Assembly: GCA_040900375.1 (NCBI GenBank)
Contig: JBBDZC010000015.1
Span: 8,366 to 72,365, forward strand
Reading direction: 5' to 3'
DNA: 64,000 nt
Source: Candidatus Anderseniibacteriota bacterium
GTDB taxonomy: Bacteria > Patescibacteriota > Andersenbacteria > UBA10190
Below are positions 38,348 through 48,677 of this stretch, piece by piece; position 1 is the first letter of the stretch, and every line of letters begins with the position of its first letter. Under the pieces are notes generated by a model, which had not been told where the DNA came from, ran no database searches, and was given only the letters and a program-made list of their open reading frames with translations. The translations under genes were made by a program, and so were the position numbers.

Positions 38348-38968
38348 TTAAAATCCCAACTTCTCTTGGACTAAAATAGCCGTTATCCGCCCCGCTGCTA
38401 GTTCTTTATTCACCACCAATATTTTACTAACGCCACTCCCGACTCCGTAAACTTTCCGTGCCCGTTCATCCTCCCGAGGCAGACTATACTCGTAGAGTCG
38501 CTTAATGCCCTCTTCCATGTTTTTTACCAATTTGTGCGTGCCAATAACCCAAATAACATGCTGGGCGCCGTAAGCATACGCCGGTAGTTGGCTACCAGTA
38601 TTCGACGCCACTAATATCTGCCCCGCCCGTGTTACTGCGTGCACACTGCCCACTACCCAGGCCGGTGCGGCACCCAAGCAGCGCATCTCCCGATCATCTT
38701 TCTCCTGATCTAAGGCATTAAGTTTTTTGCGGACCGAGGCGTAGCGAGTTGATTCTAAAATCTCTTTGACAACACTTATGCCCTCCAGCGTCATCGAAGT
38801 CATATTCATCACTTCCGCTCCCTCCGGCAGTAGCTCTAAAACTTTTGCTTTTGCTTCCGCCCCACTATCCACCACCAGAGTCGTAATCCCATTATTTGTC
38901 AGGGCCGCAGCTGTCGCATCCACCGTCGCTTGGTCCGCCAACTGACCAAATTGTGCATTAATTTCCAT
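38348..38968 (-). CDS. LUD-domain (lactate utilisation C/DUF1121-like) protein
   Basis: S.TL, GSVHAVT..G.I..AS.TGSQ, K.V, C-terminal LGF. Confidence 0.8.
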   Translation of the reverse strand: MEINAQFGQLADQATVDATAAALTNNGITTLVVDSGAEAKAKVLELLPEGAEVMNMTSMTLEGISVVKEILESTRYASVRKKLNALDQEKDDREMRCLGAAPAWVVGSVHAVTRAGQILVASNTGSQLPAYAYGAQHVIWVIGTHKLVKNMEEGIKRLYEYSLPREDERARKVYGVGSGVSKILVVNKELAAGRITAILVQEKLGF

Positions 38969-39104
38969 AAATGTATCTCGTAGCATTCATGATACTGCGG
39001 CGTCAGCCTTTGTCGATAGAGATACAAGAAAATTAGCAGTTGTCTCGCCATAAGAAGCCCGGCAGTAGTGCCGGGATCTTCTTACCCGAGCAAGATTGTC
39101 GGCA

Positions 39105-39617
39105 TTATTGCTCCTTCTCGGTAACTTTCACTTCAACCTTCTTTGCTGCCGCCTCTGGCCGCTTAGGAATAGTAATAAAGAGCATACCATTTTTAGCAGA
39201 CGCCTCTACCTTGTTCGTATCTACTCCGCTGGGTAACTCAATCGAGCGCTGGAATGATCCCATCTCCCGCTCCAGGCGATACCACGTCTCACCTTTCTCT
39301 TCACGCTTTTCTTCAGTTTGGCCGCTCAACGTTAAAACATTGTCTTCCACCACGATATTGACGTGGCGGGGATCAACATTGGGCAAGTTGGCGCGAATAT
39401 GAACTTCTTTGTCGGTCTCGGAAACATCAACACGCGGCAACCATCCTTCCAGACGTGAACCAAGTAGGCGCGGGCCGGAACGTGCCAGTTCCCAGGGACT
39501 CCAAAAACTCTCTTCAAACAATCGGCCCATAATTTCCCGTAGAGGCATAGCTTCACTCTCGCCAGTCTGTGGTGCAAGCTCTGCAGGATTTTTTCGACGA
39601 TGAACAGGCATTTTCAT
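39105..39617 (-). CDS. Hsp20/alpha-crystallin small heat-shock protein
   Basis: PRVDVSET, ER..GSF.RSI.LP, A..KNG.L.ITIPK; SD GGAGGTGA. Confidence 0.93.
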   Translation of the reverse strand: MKMPVHRRKNPAELAPQTGESEAMPLREIMGRLFEESFWSPWELARSGPRLLGSRLEGWLPRVDVSETDKEVHIRANLPNVDPRHVNIVVEDNVLTLSGQTEEKREEKGETWYRLEREMGSFQRSIELPSGVDTNKVEASAKNGMLFITIPKRPEAAAKKVEVKVTEKEQ

Positions 39618-39748
39618 AACAAACATCACCTCCTTCAACTTACGTTAAAAATGCGAGGCCGGACCGATCACGCCCTACCCACGTACCCCAAAGATGCCTA
39701 AATTAAAAACACCGTCAAGAGTTTTAAGCGCTAACCACCAGCCTACTT

Positions 39749-40456
39749 CTAAGGTAAAGACAACAGGCGATTAAGAAGCTCAAAGTTGGCAAAACGATTA
39801 AGGGTTTGCGTAAAAATAAGCGCGCCGAGAAAGATAAGAATAATGCCAAAAGCGCGATTTACGTAGACCGCCCAGCGACCAAAGCGAACGATGAGGGCTG
39901 TTGCTTGACTTGTAAATAAACCAACCAGCAGCAGCGGGATGCTAAAACCAAGAGAATACGACAGCAGCAGGGTAAAGGCACTGCCCGGTTGGGTAGTCGC
40001 TAAACCCAAGATTCCACCCAAGACGGCTCCGACGCACGGTGTCCACCCCGCCGCAAAAGCCGCCCCGAAGACTACCGACATAATGAGCCGAGAAGATGAG
40101 ACCGGCGCTACTCGCAACCTATATTCCCGCTCAAACATAGGTAGTCGTATAAGCCCCAATAAAGAGAGCCCGAAAATGCCAATGACGATCCCGCCGACTC
40201 GAGACAGCCAAAGCTGAACATCATACGCCACTTGCTCAAGCAGTGTTGTGAGTGCCACGCCAAGGACCGCGAAGACCAAGCTAAAGCCAAACACAAACGC
40301 CACGCTGTTGAGAAAAATATCAGCACGGGAAGAAGATTGGGCCCCGGTGCCACCCGCTAGGTACACAAGGTAACCTGGCAAGAGAGGCAGAACACAGGGA
40401 GAAAGAAAGGAGACTAACCCGGCAACAAAAGCAATCGCTAACGGCAATTCAGCCAT
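39749..40456 (-). CDS. ccdA: Cytochrome c biogenesis protein CcdA (DsbD TM domain)
   Basis: AGLVSFLSPCVLPL, GWTPCVG. Confidence 0.92.
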   Translation of the reverse strand: MAELPLAIAFVAGLVSFLSPCVLPLLPGYLVYLAGGTGAQSSSRADIFLNSVAFVFGFSLVFAVLGVALTTLLEQVAYDVQLWLSRVGGIVIGIFGLSLLGLIRLPMFEREYRLRVAPVSSSRLIMSVVFGAAFAAGWTPCVGAVLGGILGLATTQPGSAFTLLLSYSLGFSIPLLLVGLFTSQATALIVRFGRWAVYVNRAFGIILIFLGALIFTQTLNRFANFELLNRLLSLP

Positions 40457-40462
40457 ATGCCC

Positions 40463-41095
40463 TCACTGTGCAGCAGCCGTAATTTCTGTCAGGTAGCGGG
40501 CCTGCGCCCATGTCTCGGGCGATTTCAGTATCCGCTGGCCGCCCTTAATAAAAACTTTCGTGTGTTGGTAGGCTATACCATGCTCGCGCGCGAGGCTTTT
40601 TTCCTGGTCGTCAGTTTGGTTGTCGTTAAAGTTAACTCGAAAGCCAACCACGCCTGGTGTTGTCAGTTCATCAAACGCTGCCTGCATCTTCGGAAACTCC
40701 TCTCGGCAAATGGGGCACCAGTTAGCATAAAAATAGAGCACCACTAAATTTTCGGAGGCCAAAGCCCTAGCATAATCGGCCTGATTGAACTCCAAGAGGA
40801 GTGCTTGCTCCCCCGCTAAAACAGCGCCAGTATACGTGGCGGCTTCCCCGTGGCCAAGGGACTGCGCTCCACTCTCATTATTTACCAGCACTTCCGTTGA
40901 CTGATTACTTTCTCCCACTCTTTTTTCTAGTTCTTGGGCCTGTTCAAGCACGGAATGAGTATCTGTTCCAGAATCAGTAGTAGTCAAGCGTTGGGTCGTG
41001 ACAAAATAGGCCGCGCCTATGGCGATAGCAGTCATCACTACTATCAGACCAATCAGAGTAGCAAAGCCTTTTTCTCGGGTGACAGTGTGCTGCAT
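40463..41095 (-). CDS. Membrane-anchored thioredoxin-like protein
   Basis: FYANWCPIC; adjacent to ccdA. Confidence 0.88.
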   Translation of the reverse strand: MQHTVTREKGFATLIGLIVVMTAIAIGAAYFVTTQRLTTTDSGTDTHSVLEQAQELEKRVGESNQSTEVLVNNESGAQSLGHGEAATYTGAVLAGEQALLLEFNQADYARALASENLVVLYFYANWCPICREEFPKMQAAFDELTTPGVVGFRVNFNDNQTDDQEKSLAREHGIAYQHTKVFIKGGQRILKSPETWAQARYLTEITAAAQ

Positions 41096-41191
41096 AACAA
41101 TAGTGCTCTTGAATAAAATTTAAATCTAGGCTGCTATAAATACAAGTGAATACTCTACCATCCTCCTGGTGTCTAGTGTTACGGTTAAGTC

Positions 41192-41884
41192 ATGAAAAAG
41201 TTTAAGATCTCTCTCATCGGCCTAGTGATTGGGGCAGCAACTGTCGCAATCTTTCTCCTCTGGCCCCGTTACTCTCTGGCCCCAACTGATCCTGTGTCAA
41301 GCGACCCAGCGCCCTCGCTGCCCGATAGTAGTCCGCCTCCATCACCTTCGCTGGCTACCGCGAGCGTGCCACCCCCTACTCTCATGCCCGCTGTATCACT
41401 GACGCCACCGATTGCAGAATTTAAGGAACGAATTACTAAAAAACCATTTGGTATTTACATTACGCCCGCCACTTCCCCTGTCCAGCCCGAGCGATTCACG
41501 GGTTACCACACGGGGGTCGACATAGAATACGCCGATAATCTAGGAAAAATTCCCGTTCAGGCAATCAGTGACGGGAAAGTTATTCAGGCAGGCCACGTAT
41601 CGGGTTATGGCGGGGTGGTGGTGATTGAACACCAGCTATCCGGCACCATACGGCTAGCTCTCTACGGCCACCTTGATCCGCAAGACCTGCCCCCTGTCGG
41701 CGCGCCAGTTAAGCAAGGCGAAACAATTGGCCAGCTGGGACAAGGGGGAACAAAGGAAACCGACGGGGAACGCAAGCATCTTCATTTTGCGATCCTCAAA
41801 GACCGTAAGATTGACCTGCGCGGGTACGTTCCTACGCCGAGCGAGTTAGAAAACTGGTTAGATCCCCAGCTCTTATTTCCTTAA
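41192..41884 (+). CDS. M23 family metallopeptidase
   Basis: HTGVD, YGG, YGHL, HLHF. Confidence 0.9.
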   Translation: MKKFKISLIGLVIGAATVAIFLLWPRYSLAPTDPVSSDPAPSLPDSSPPPSPSLATASVPPPTLMPAVSLTPPIAEFKERITKKPFGIYITPATSPVQPERFTGYHTGVDIEYADNLGKIPVQAISDGKVIQAGHVSGYGGVVVIEHQLSGTIRLALYGHLDPQDLPPVGAPVKQGETIGQLGQGGTKETDGERKHLHFAILKDRKIDLRGYVPTPSELENWLDPQLLFP

Positions 41885-42271
41885 AACTGCTCGCCGAGTT
41901 TTAGGCGCAGAAGTGTGCTTAGTAATGTGAAACAAAATGTCGTCTACAGTACAGGGTTTTTCGACGTAGCCATCAGCGTTGACCGCGTGCGCCACCGTCT
42001 CAATTTCGGCATTACCAGACATAATAATAAGAGGAATGTGACAAGTAGCAGGTTGTCGCTTTAAATATTGCATCACCTGTTTGCTACCTTCTTCTCCTAA
42101 ACTAATGTCCAGAAAAATGATGGCCGGGAGGGCTTTTTTGAGCGCCCGCTGTAAGGCTTTGCTTGAGGCAAAAGCCGCCACAGTAAACCCTTCATCAGCA
42201 AGTAAAGCCTGCAGCGATTCTCTAATGCCTGGGTCATCATCCACAATCCACACTGACGGGAGAGGAGGCAT
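41873..42271 (-). CDS. Standalone response regulator receiver
   Basis: IVDDD, FLD, MSG, EKP. Confidence 0.88.
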   Translation of the reverse strand: MPPLPSVWIVDDDPGIRESLQALLADEGFTVAAFASSKALQRALKKALPAIIFLDISLGEEGSKQVMQYLKRQPATCHIPLIIMSGNAEIETVAHAVNADGYVEKPCTVDDILFHITKHTSAPKTRRAVLRK

Positions 42272-42362
42272 GCCAGTACTGTAGCCAGCCTCTTCATCTC
42301 GCGCAAAGACGAATCTGTAAAAAAACTCTGGCACAACGGGAGAATTGAGCCATAGTGGTGAT

Positions 42363-42944
42363 ATGTTAGAAACTCTGCAGAAAATATCCAAAAAAGAACA
42401 AATTGCGGCGCTGTATCTCCTTGGTATTACAGCCATCGAAGAGCTAGCTACCTTGACTCGAGCTAGCCCCAGTTATATTGCCAATGTTTTGCGCGAAGCA
42501 AATTTACTGGGCGGGTACTTTGATTTATACACTTCCAGTGACCGCCCGATGAACGTTTACTCCAAATTCTTTGCCGGCAAGCTCGGTTTTAAAAACAAAG
42601 CGGCCGCTCACCACAGCGTGCACTACATCGATACTCTCTACCATCAATTTGGCCGTATTGGTGATCCCGCCGGTCAGCACCATACTCTCGTCATGGCTCT
42701 GACAATGCGCAACCGCGCGCTGTGGAGTAACAAATTAGCGGAGGCAGAGGTTTTTGCCGCCTGGCTAAGAGCCCATCTTAAGCCGGTTGGATCATCTACT
42801 TCTCCCGCGACGGCCCTGATGGAAGATCATCTGGCGCGCCAAGGCAGTCACAGTAAGTCTCGCTCTCGCCGGCCTCGCTCCTCCTCACGCCCTCGTCAGT
42901 CAGAAAAAGCAGCTGTGAGTAATCCACCCCGATCCCGCTCTTAG
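42363..42944 (+). CDS. Conserved hypothetical protein
   Basis: Long ORF with YFDLYT..PMNVYSK..F.G.LGFK and AGQHH motifs; divergent from the receiver gene. Confidence 0.7.
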   Translation: MLETLQKISKKEQIAALYLLGITAIEELATLTRASPSYIANVLREANLLGGYFDLYTSSDRPMNVYSKFFAGKLGFKNKAAAHHSVHYIDTLYHQFGRIGDPAGQHHTLVMALTMRNRALWSNKLAEAEVFAAWLRAHLKPVGSSTSPATALMEDHLARQGSHSKSRSRRPRSSSRPRQSEKAAVSNPPRSRS

Positions 42945-42982
42945 TGAGTTCTCACCGGTGATGAGCGAAAACAAATAGGTAC

Positions 42983-43101
42983 GAGAACTAGGTCTTGGGG
43001 TGTGTTATCACGCAGCGAGTACGCAAAGGCTGGCAGCGTTCCCGTGGTCCCAGGCGGGATAGGGTCCCCTTTGCGCGTTGATCCTAAAGCTAGCAGCTCT
43101 C
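42983..43101. ncRNA. Candidate structured non-coding RNA, family unknown
   Basis: Intergenic rod-like fold: CTAG/CTAG, TTGGGG/TCCTAA, CGCAAAGG/CCTTTGCG, TCCCG/CGGGA. Confidence 0.35.
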
Positions 43102-43227
43102 ATGAAAACGCCGACTACCCCTGACAGTTTTCCCCACGGAAGAGTGCCAAATGCCCTAGAATCACCATACCCTTCTGTGGAATATTGTTGTTAGATTACC
43201 TCTCGCTATAATCTCCTAAAAACTACC

Positions 43228-45351
43228 ATGTTCAGACGCGGCTTTGCGATCGTTTCTTTGCTACTAATTATTTCTGCACTTGTGCCAGCGACTATTGTTA
43301 GCCTGGAAACGTACTACCAGTTTCGGCAGCATCTCGCCTCCAAAGAACATATCACCAGTTTAAGTACCACTGGCGTAGTCTTGCTTGATCGCTATGGTCA
43401 GCCGTTTTTTACTCTGTACCCCGGGCAACGAAAAAATTACCTGCCCTTGCACGAGATTCCCCTTTCCCTCCAGCAAGCTGTGATTGCCATGGAAGACCAG
43501 AGTTTTTACCACCACCCCGGCTTTTCCATACGCGGCATTATCCGTTCTATTTTCCTTAATATTCAACACCAAACATTTGCTTATGGCGGTTCAACCATCA
43601 CCCAGCAAGTAGTTAAAAACTCACTACTCTCTCCGCAAAAAAGTCTGAAAAGAAAATATCAAGAACTGGTCTTAAGTGTGGAACTAGAACGTCGTTATAC
43701 CAAAGACGATATTTTGGAGATGTATCTTAACACCGCGTACTTTGGCGAAGGCGCCGTCGGTGTCGAAAATGCCGCTCGGACCTACTTTGCGAAGCCTGCT
43801 CACGCTCTCACACTGGCCGAGTCAAGTTTGCTCGCTGCGCTTCTCCCCGCTCCTTCTTCCCTCTCTCCCCTCTCGGGTCACATCAAAAAAGCCGAGCAAC
43901 GCCAAGAGCGTGTCCTCCAGACTATGACTAGTCTCGGCTTTGTATCTGCTGCCGAACAACAATCTGCCCAAGAGACTGCCCTGCAATTCAATGACAAACC
44001 CAAGCCCGCCACGCTCTATGCCCCACACTTTGCCTTGATGGTTAAGCGCGAGCTCCTCGACACCTACACCGAAGACGAACTCGCTCGTTCAGGCTTCACG
44101 GTACAAACCACTCTTGATTTAGCCTGGCAGCAATATGCAGAAACAACTGTCGCCAATCGAGTCGAGGATATGAAACAGCAAAAGGCAACCAACGCGGCGG
44201 CCGTTGTCCTTGATCCCACCACCGGCAATATTAGAGCCCTAATAGGTAGTCGCGATTGGCACGCTGATAAATTTGGCAAAGTGAACATGGCCACCAGGCC
44301 CCGACAAACCGGTTCATCGTTTAAGCCAATTGTCTATGCGACCGCGTTTGAAGAGCAGATCATTACCCCCGCTACAGTTCTCACTGACCAGCCGACAACG
44401 TTTGGCCGTGATTACCGACCACAAAATTACGATCAGAAATTTCGTGGGAAAGTACTCGCTCGGCGCGCGCTGGCTAACTCTCTCAATGTTCCGACCGTCG
44501 AGGTTATGACCAAAACTGGCGTAGCGTCAGTCATTGAGCAAGCTCAAAACTTAGGTATTACCACGCTGCCAGAAAAAAATGACTACAACTTAGCGCTCGC
44601 CCTTGGCGCCGGCGAGGTATCTTTAGTAGAAATGACGAGTGCGTATGGTGCCTTTGCGCACGCCGGCCAACGATATCAACCGCTGATCGTTACCGAAGTC
44701 AGGGATAAGTTTCACCAGCCCGTCTACCGCGCTACCCCCCAGTATCAACAAGTCTTAAGCGCCGCGAGTGCCTTTATGATCTCCTCGATTCTGTCTGACG
44801 TGACAGCACGACGAGAAGTCTTTGGTAGTGCTCTGTCCCTGTCACAGCCAGCCGCCGTTAAAACTGGCACCACCGAAAACTACCGCGATGCGTGGACAAT
44901 TGGCTATACTCCCAATCTCGTTGTGGGCGTCTGGGTCGGCAATAACGACAATACGCCGATGCATAAAGTAGCTGGCGCCTTAGGCGCCGCCCCTATCTGG
45001 CGCGACCTCATGGAAGAATTTTTATCAGATATACCCATCGCTACCTTTACCCCGCCGGCCTCACTCGTCACCCAACCAGTTTGTCGCCACAATGGTTTGG
45101 CCTTAGCATACACGTCTCGCCGGGCTGGGTACCTCGAATACTTTGTCTCAGGGACCCAGCCAACCAAACGCTGTACCTGGATTCGTCCCACTCCTTCACC
45201 TCCAGTCGCCCCCTCGCCCAATGATCCGCCGCACGTTGTCAAAGATGAATCAGAATCAAATGACGAGGATGAGGACAAGGACTCAACTGAAAAACGCAAG
45301 GAGGCTGCCGCTCGACTCGACAAAAAGAATAAATCTCGTCAACAATCGTAA
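43228..45351 (+). CDS. Class A penicillin-binding protein (PBP1A)
   Basis: EDQSFY.H.G, GGSTITQQ, RK..E, YLN; SSFK, SLN, KTGT. Confidence 0.95.
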   Translation: MFRRGFAIVSLLLIISALVPATIVSLETYYQFRQHLASKEHITSLSTTGVVLLDRYGQPFFTLYPGQRKNYLPLHEIPLSLQQAVIAMEDQSFYHHPGFSIRGIIRSIFLNIQHQTFAYGGSTITQQVVKNSLLSPQKSLKRKYQELVLSVELERRYTKDDILEMYLNTAYFGEGAVGVENAARTYFAKPAHALTLAESSLLAALLPAPSSLSPLSGHIKKAEQRQERVLQTMTSLGFVSAAEQQSAQETALQFNDKPKPATLYAPHFALMVKRELLDTYTEDELARSGFTVQTTLDLAWQQYAETTVANRVEDMKQQKATNAAAVVLDPTTGNIRALIGSRDWHADKFGKVNMATRPRQTGSSFKPIVYATAFEEQIITPATVLTDQPTTFGRDYRPQNYDQKFRGKVLARRALANSLNVPTVEVMTKTGVASVIEQAQNLGITTLPEKNDYNLALALGAGEVSLVEMTSAYGAFAHAGQRYQPLIVTEVRDKFHQPVYRATPQYQQVLSAASAFMISSILSDVTARREVFGSALSLSQPAAVKTGTTENYRDAWTIGYTPNLVVGVWVGNNDNTPMHKVAGALGAAPIWRDLMEEFLSDIPIATFTPPASLVTQPVCRHNGLALAYTSRRAGYLEYFVSGTQPTKRCTWIRPTPSPPVAPSPNDPPHVVKDESESNDEDEDKDSTEKRKEAAARLDKKNKSRQQS

Positions 45352-45369
45352 GCTCTAACCGCGATTATT

Positions 45370-46422
45370 TTAAGACTTAACATGTTCGTCAAAGAAAGCT
45401 GTTGTCCGCTGCATCACGACTGGCCAGGCTGTCGTAAATTCATGAGGTTGGGCCTCATAGACATGAAGTACGCTATTTTTTTTATTGTCTTGCAGAGCGA
45501 CGGCCAGCTCCTGCGACCACTGCAACGGCACTGAATCATCGGCTGAGCCATGGTGAATCGCTACAGGCGCTTGAATGTTGGGTAAGTAAGTTTTAGCCGA
45601 GATGCCCTGCCAAAATTGAGGATTGTCCGCTACGCTGCCAAATTGCTCAATAATTCGGCTCGCCAACTCTGGCCGCCGCACAATCCACCGCTCAAAGTTT
45701 TGGGTCGCATCCGCGCTAACGGGCGCCAATAAAACCGCTCCTTGAACAAGTTCTGGTTGGGTGACTAACACTCCCAGCGTGACCCCGCCACCCATGGAAT
45801 GACCTAACATGCCAATACGTTCGCCATCAACATAAGGTAGGTTAGCCGCGCGCAAGGCATAAACAACATTGATCACATCCTCAATATAGCCCAGTCGTAG
45901 ATTAAGATCGGTGGTGGGATCAGCATCAGAATCAGCGTGATTACGGTAATCAGGATGAACCACCACGTATCCCTGACGGGCTAAGTAGTCCTGCTCACGT
46001 TTGAGCCCGCGACCATTCGTATAAATCTGTGGATCAATGTAGCCATGATTTAAAATCAACACCGGAAACGGTCCTTCGCCACGCGGGGCATTCATGACAC
46101 CGGAGATTTTAAGATCACCACTCATATAGGTAATGTAGTAGCGCACATACGCTGCCTGCTCCGCCAATACTTGTCCGACCGTAAAATCTGTCCCTCGAAA
46201 GTCTTGCTGCTGCAGTTGCGCCAGCGATACAGAAGAGACAGGCAGTTCAGAAGAGGGTGCGGGCGGTGTGGGGACAGGTAAAGCAGTATCGGCGCGCTCA
46301 ACATCAAGCACCTCGGAAACATTTTCGCCCGCCGTTGGCCGCGATAAAAAACCGTAAGCGTAAGCTGCACCAGCAGCTAGGCTAATAACTAGGAGGCCTG
46401 CCCCGATTCGAAAAAAAGACAT
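45370..46422 (-). CDS. Alpha/beta hydrolase (S9-like)
   Basis: NHGY, GHSMGG, HG.AD.SV, HEF. Confidence 0.88.
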   Translation of the reverse strand: MSFFRIGAGLLVISLAAGAAYAYGFLSRPTAGENVSEVLDVERADTALPVPTPPAPSSELPVSSVSLAQLQQQDFRGTDFTVGQVLAEQAAYVRYYITYMSGDLKISGVMNAPRGEGPFPVLILNHGYIDPQIYTNGRGLKREQDYLARQGYVVVHPDYRNHADSDADPTTDLNLRLGYIEDVINVVYALRAANLPYVDGERIGMLGHSMGGGVTLGVLVTQPELVQGAVLLAPVSADATQNFERWIVRRPELASRIIEQFGSVADNPQFWQGISAKTYLPNIQAPVAIHHGSADDSVPLQWSQELAVALQDNKKNSVLHVYEAQPHEFTTAWPVVMQRTTAFFDEHVKS

Positions 46423-46466
46423 ATTTTTACCATGCGTTGCCCGGCAAAAATCTGCAAGAGACTTAC

Positions 46467-47066
46467 TTAAGTCTGGGGGTTATCGGGAGTCGCTGCCTGA
46501 TCAGCGCCCCGAAATGCATACCAGCCTATTCCCAATAAGAAGACAAACAACACCGCAATGGTAATCAGTCGGCCTAAGCCTGGTACTAAGAGCCACAGGT
46601 GCGTACCAGCGACAAAGAAAGCCATGATACCGCCTAGCACAAAGCCTGCCGGCAATACCCGCACGGTCCGCACTAAGACACTGGCGGCCACTGCCAGGGT
46701 ACCGCCAATAGCAAAGACAAACAGAGACGTTTGGCGACTCTTTTCCTCCTGCAGTTGTCGCTCTCGCTCAAACCGCAAGGGACCTTGACAAAAGCCGGGT
46801 TCGATCGCTGTTTCTTCTTCAATGGTCGCCGGTACAGGTCTGCCCGGGGCACTGCCATCTCGCGTGGCTTCTATCCAACGGCCTCCCTCGGCCTCACATT
46901 GATCTGGGCTGCTGACATTAGGATAAGGTTCGTTAAATGGTAGCGGCGGCGGTGTAATCTGCACGGCAATACTCCGAAGCAACAGAATAAAAAGCAAGGC
47001 GAGGGCAACTGAATATGCCCCGCTTAAGAAAGTTCCGCCCCAGCGAAATGTAGTACGTTGCATCAC
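46467..47066 (-). CDS. Hypothetical membrane protein
   Basis: TM, extracellular C...GG.W...GFC loop, three TM helices. Confidence 0.7.
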   Translation of the reverse strand: MMQRTTFRWGGTFLSGAYSVALALLFILLLRSIAVQITPPPLPFNEPYPNVSSPDQCEAEGGRWIEATRDGSAPGRPVPATIEEETAIEPGFCQGPLRFERERQLQEEKSRQTSLFVFAIGGTLAVAASVLVRTVRVLPAGFVLGGIMAFFVAGTHLWLLVPGLGRLITIAVLFVFLLGIGWYAFRGADQAATPDNPQT

Positions 47067-47121
47067 ACCAAAAACATGGCTCTTTAGATGATAAAATATT
47101 CAACTACTGTCCGGCGCTGCG

Positions 47122-47481
47122 TTAGAATTTGATCATCTCGGCCACTGTAGCCACGAGTGGTAACTTGCGGCGTTGTCCCTGAAGAGCGGCGACAAAGCCC
47201 ATAATGACAAAAACAAACAGAACCAGATTTAACAACCAGCCAATTAAAGGAATAAACCCAAGAATAATCGAGGCGATAAAAATAACCAGACCCTGCTTGG
47301 CATGAAATTGTATGAAATCACTGTCGCGCTTCAGGAGCAACATAATTAGACTCACCACCCACAAATAGGAAATAGCTGCGAGCAGCCTTTCGTTCTGTCC
47401 CCCGCTTAGCTTGGACCCTCCTGCACCACCCAGGGGGGCAGCCGGCTGATTATTATCTGGCGGTGTTGATAATTGGTCCAT
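47122..47481 (-). CDS. DUF4870 family membrane protein
   Basis: AAISYL, F..FHAKQGL, A..G...KLP. Confidence 0.85.
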   Translation of the reverse strand: MDQLSTPPDNNQPAAPLGGAGGSKLSGGQNERLLAAISYLWVVSLIMLLLKRDSDFIQFHAKQGLVIFIASIILGFIPLIGWLLNLVLFVFVIMGFVAALQGQRRKLPLVATVAEMIKF

Positions 47482-47620
47482 AAAGAGAAAAGCTAAGGAA
47501 AAAACTACACTAGTATAGTACTACACTCTGTGTAAGAATGTCACGAGCTCTCGTCAGGACTAATCGGTAATCCCTCATCGGCAGCGACATACTACAGCCA
47601 CTCCTTAAGTTGAGAAGAAG

Positions 47621-47902
47621 CTACTGTAACTGTGGTAGAGAAGTCGCTGCGGGAGATCCAGTTGGAGAAGAAAGGGGAGTAAGAAGCGGCGTGGGCGTAA
47701 CGAGAGGGCTGGTCACCAAGGGTGATGGCGAAAACTGAAATAGGGGTGAAGTCGTACTCCGCAAGGGACTCGGTGACGGCGAAGGTACAATGACAGGTGT
47801 CAGCGTTCGCTGCATGGCCACATATGTTAGGGCCCCGCCAATAATAGCCCCGAGAATTAAGCTAATAACTACCAATAACGCCGTGTTTCCTACTGTCGCC
47901 AT
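47621..47902 (-). CDS. Single-TM Pro/Ser/Thr-rich protein
   Basis: TM helix followed by a low-complexity tail. Confidence 0.65.
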   Translation of the reverse strand: MATVGNTALLVVISLILGAIIGGALTYVAMQRTLTPVIVPSPSPSPLRSTTSPLFQFSPSPLVTSPLVTPTPLLTPLSSPTGSPAATSLPQLQ

Positions 47903-48037
47903 AGCAGGAATAATCTTTAAGGGTATATCAAGAACCTACCTTAGTCTGCCAAGACTAGTATTGTTCGTAAAGGCTTCTTCCCGCGCAGTCGAGAAAAGTA
48001 AAAAAATGCCTGTCACGCCCCGTGCCCGCATTTATAA

Positions 48038-48066
48038 TTGACGAACTATCGTTCCTGCCCTAGGAT
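48038..48066 (+). promoter_or_regulatory. Sigma-70-like promoter followed by boxA-like GTTCTTTTAACA
   Basis: TTGACG-17 nt-TAGGAT. Confidence 0.6.
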
Positions 48067-48115
48067 AGACAAGTTCTTTTAACACAACTGTAGAAACTGC
48101 TCAGGACAAAATGGC

Positions 48116-48637
48116 ATGAAAAAGCACCTTATCTGCTTTCCTGAATGGCGCCAAGAAAAGAAAACTATCTTTGCTCTATCTGATGAGCATTACCAGCTAG
48201 TGAGCAACAATTTCCTGCCCCTCAACAGCCTCCTTATATTGCTCGCATTCAAAGAGTCACCCTCGACTGTCACCGCTGACCACTTCCCGGAAAACATTGC
48301 ATCACCTGGTCCTTATCGCTTCCTGCGCTTTAACCACCCGATCTCGAACCGTAAGGTCAAGAAATTTCTGCTCGAACACCTTTTGTATGAACCAGCTACG
48401 CTGTATGAAACACTGAACTTTTTTAAAGGCCTCCCCCATCCCCGACCGCTCGCCTATGACGTGATTGCGCTGGGCTCCCGATGGCACGACCACAAGAATA
48501 AAACCGTTCGCGTTCCCTTTATCGACCACAGGTGGCGGCTGCGCCTGACATTTGACGAAGGCAATTATACAGACCAAGACGTCTTCCTTGTTCGCCCGCA
48601 CTGGGTCCCGGAAACTACAGAAGAAGCTCCGGTCTAA
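48116..48637 (+). CDS. Hypothetical protein resembling diverged CPR DGR-target-type proteins
   Basis: T..HFP, F...IS, PATL.E.L, VIALGSRW...VPFI...L.L..D..Y....FL pattern. Confidence 0.55.
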   Translation: MKKHLICFPEWRQEKKTIFALSDEHYQLVSNNFLPLNSLLILLAFKESPSTVTADHFPENIASPGPYRFLRFNHPISNRKVKKFLLEHLLYEPATLYETLNFFKGLPHPRPLAYDVIALGSRWHDHKNKTVRVPFIDHRWRLRLTFDEGNYTDQDVFLVRPHWVPETTEEAPV

Positions 48638-48677
48638 CTTCGGCAAAACCCTGCCGAAGTTTTTTATTCTTACAAAG

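Noticed and set aside
39705-39735. Possible CIRCE operator upstream of hsp20
   Set aside because: Only a degenerate half-site (TTAGCGCT); no inverted partner at 9-nt spacing.
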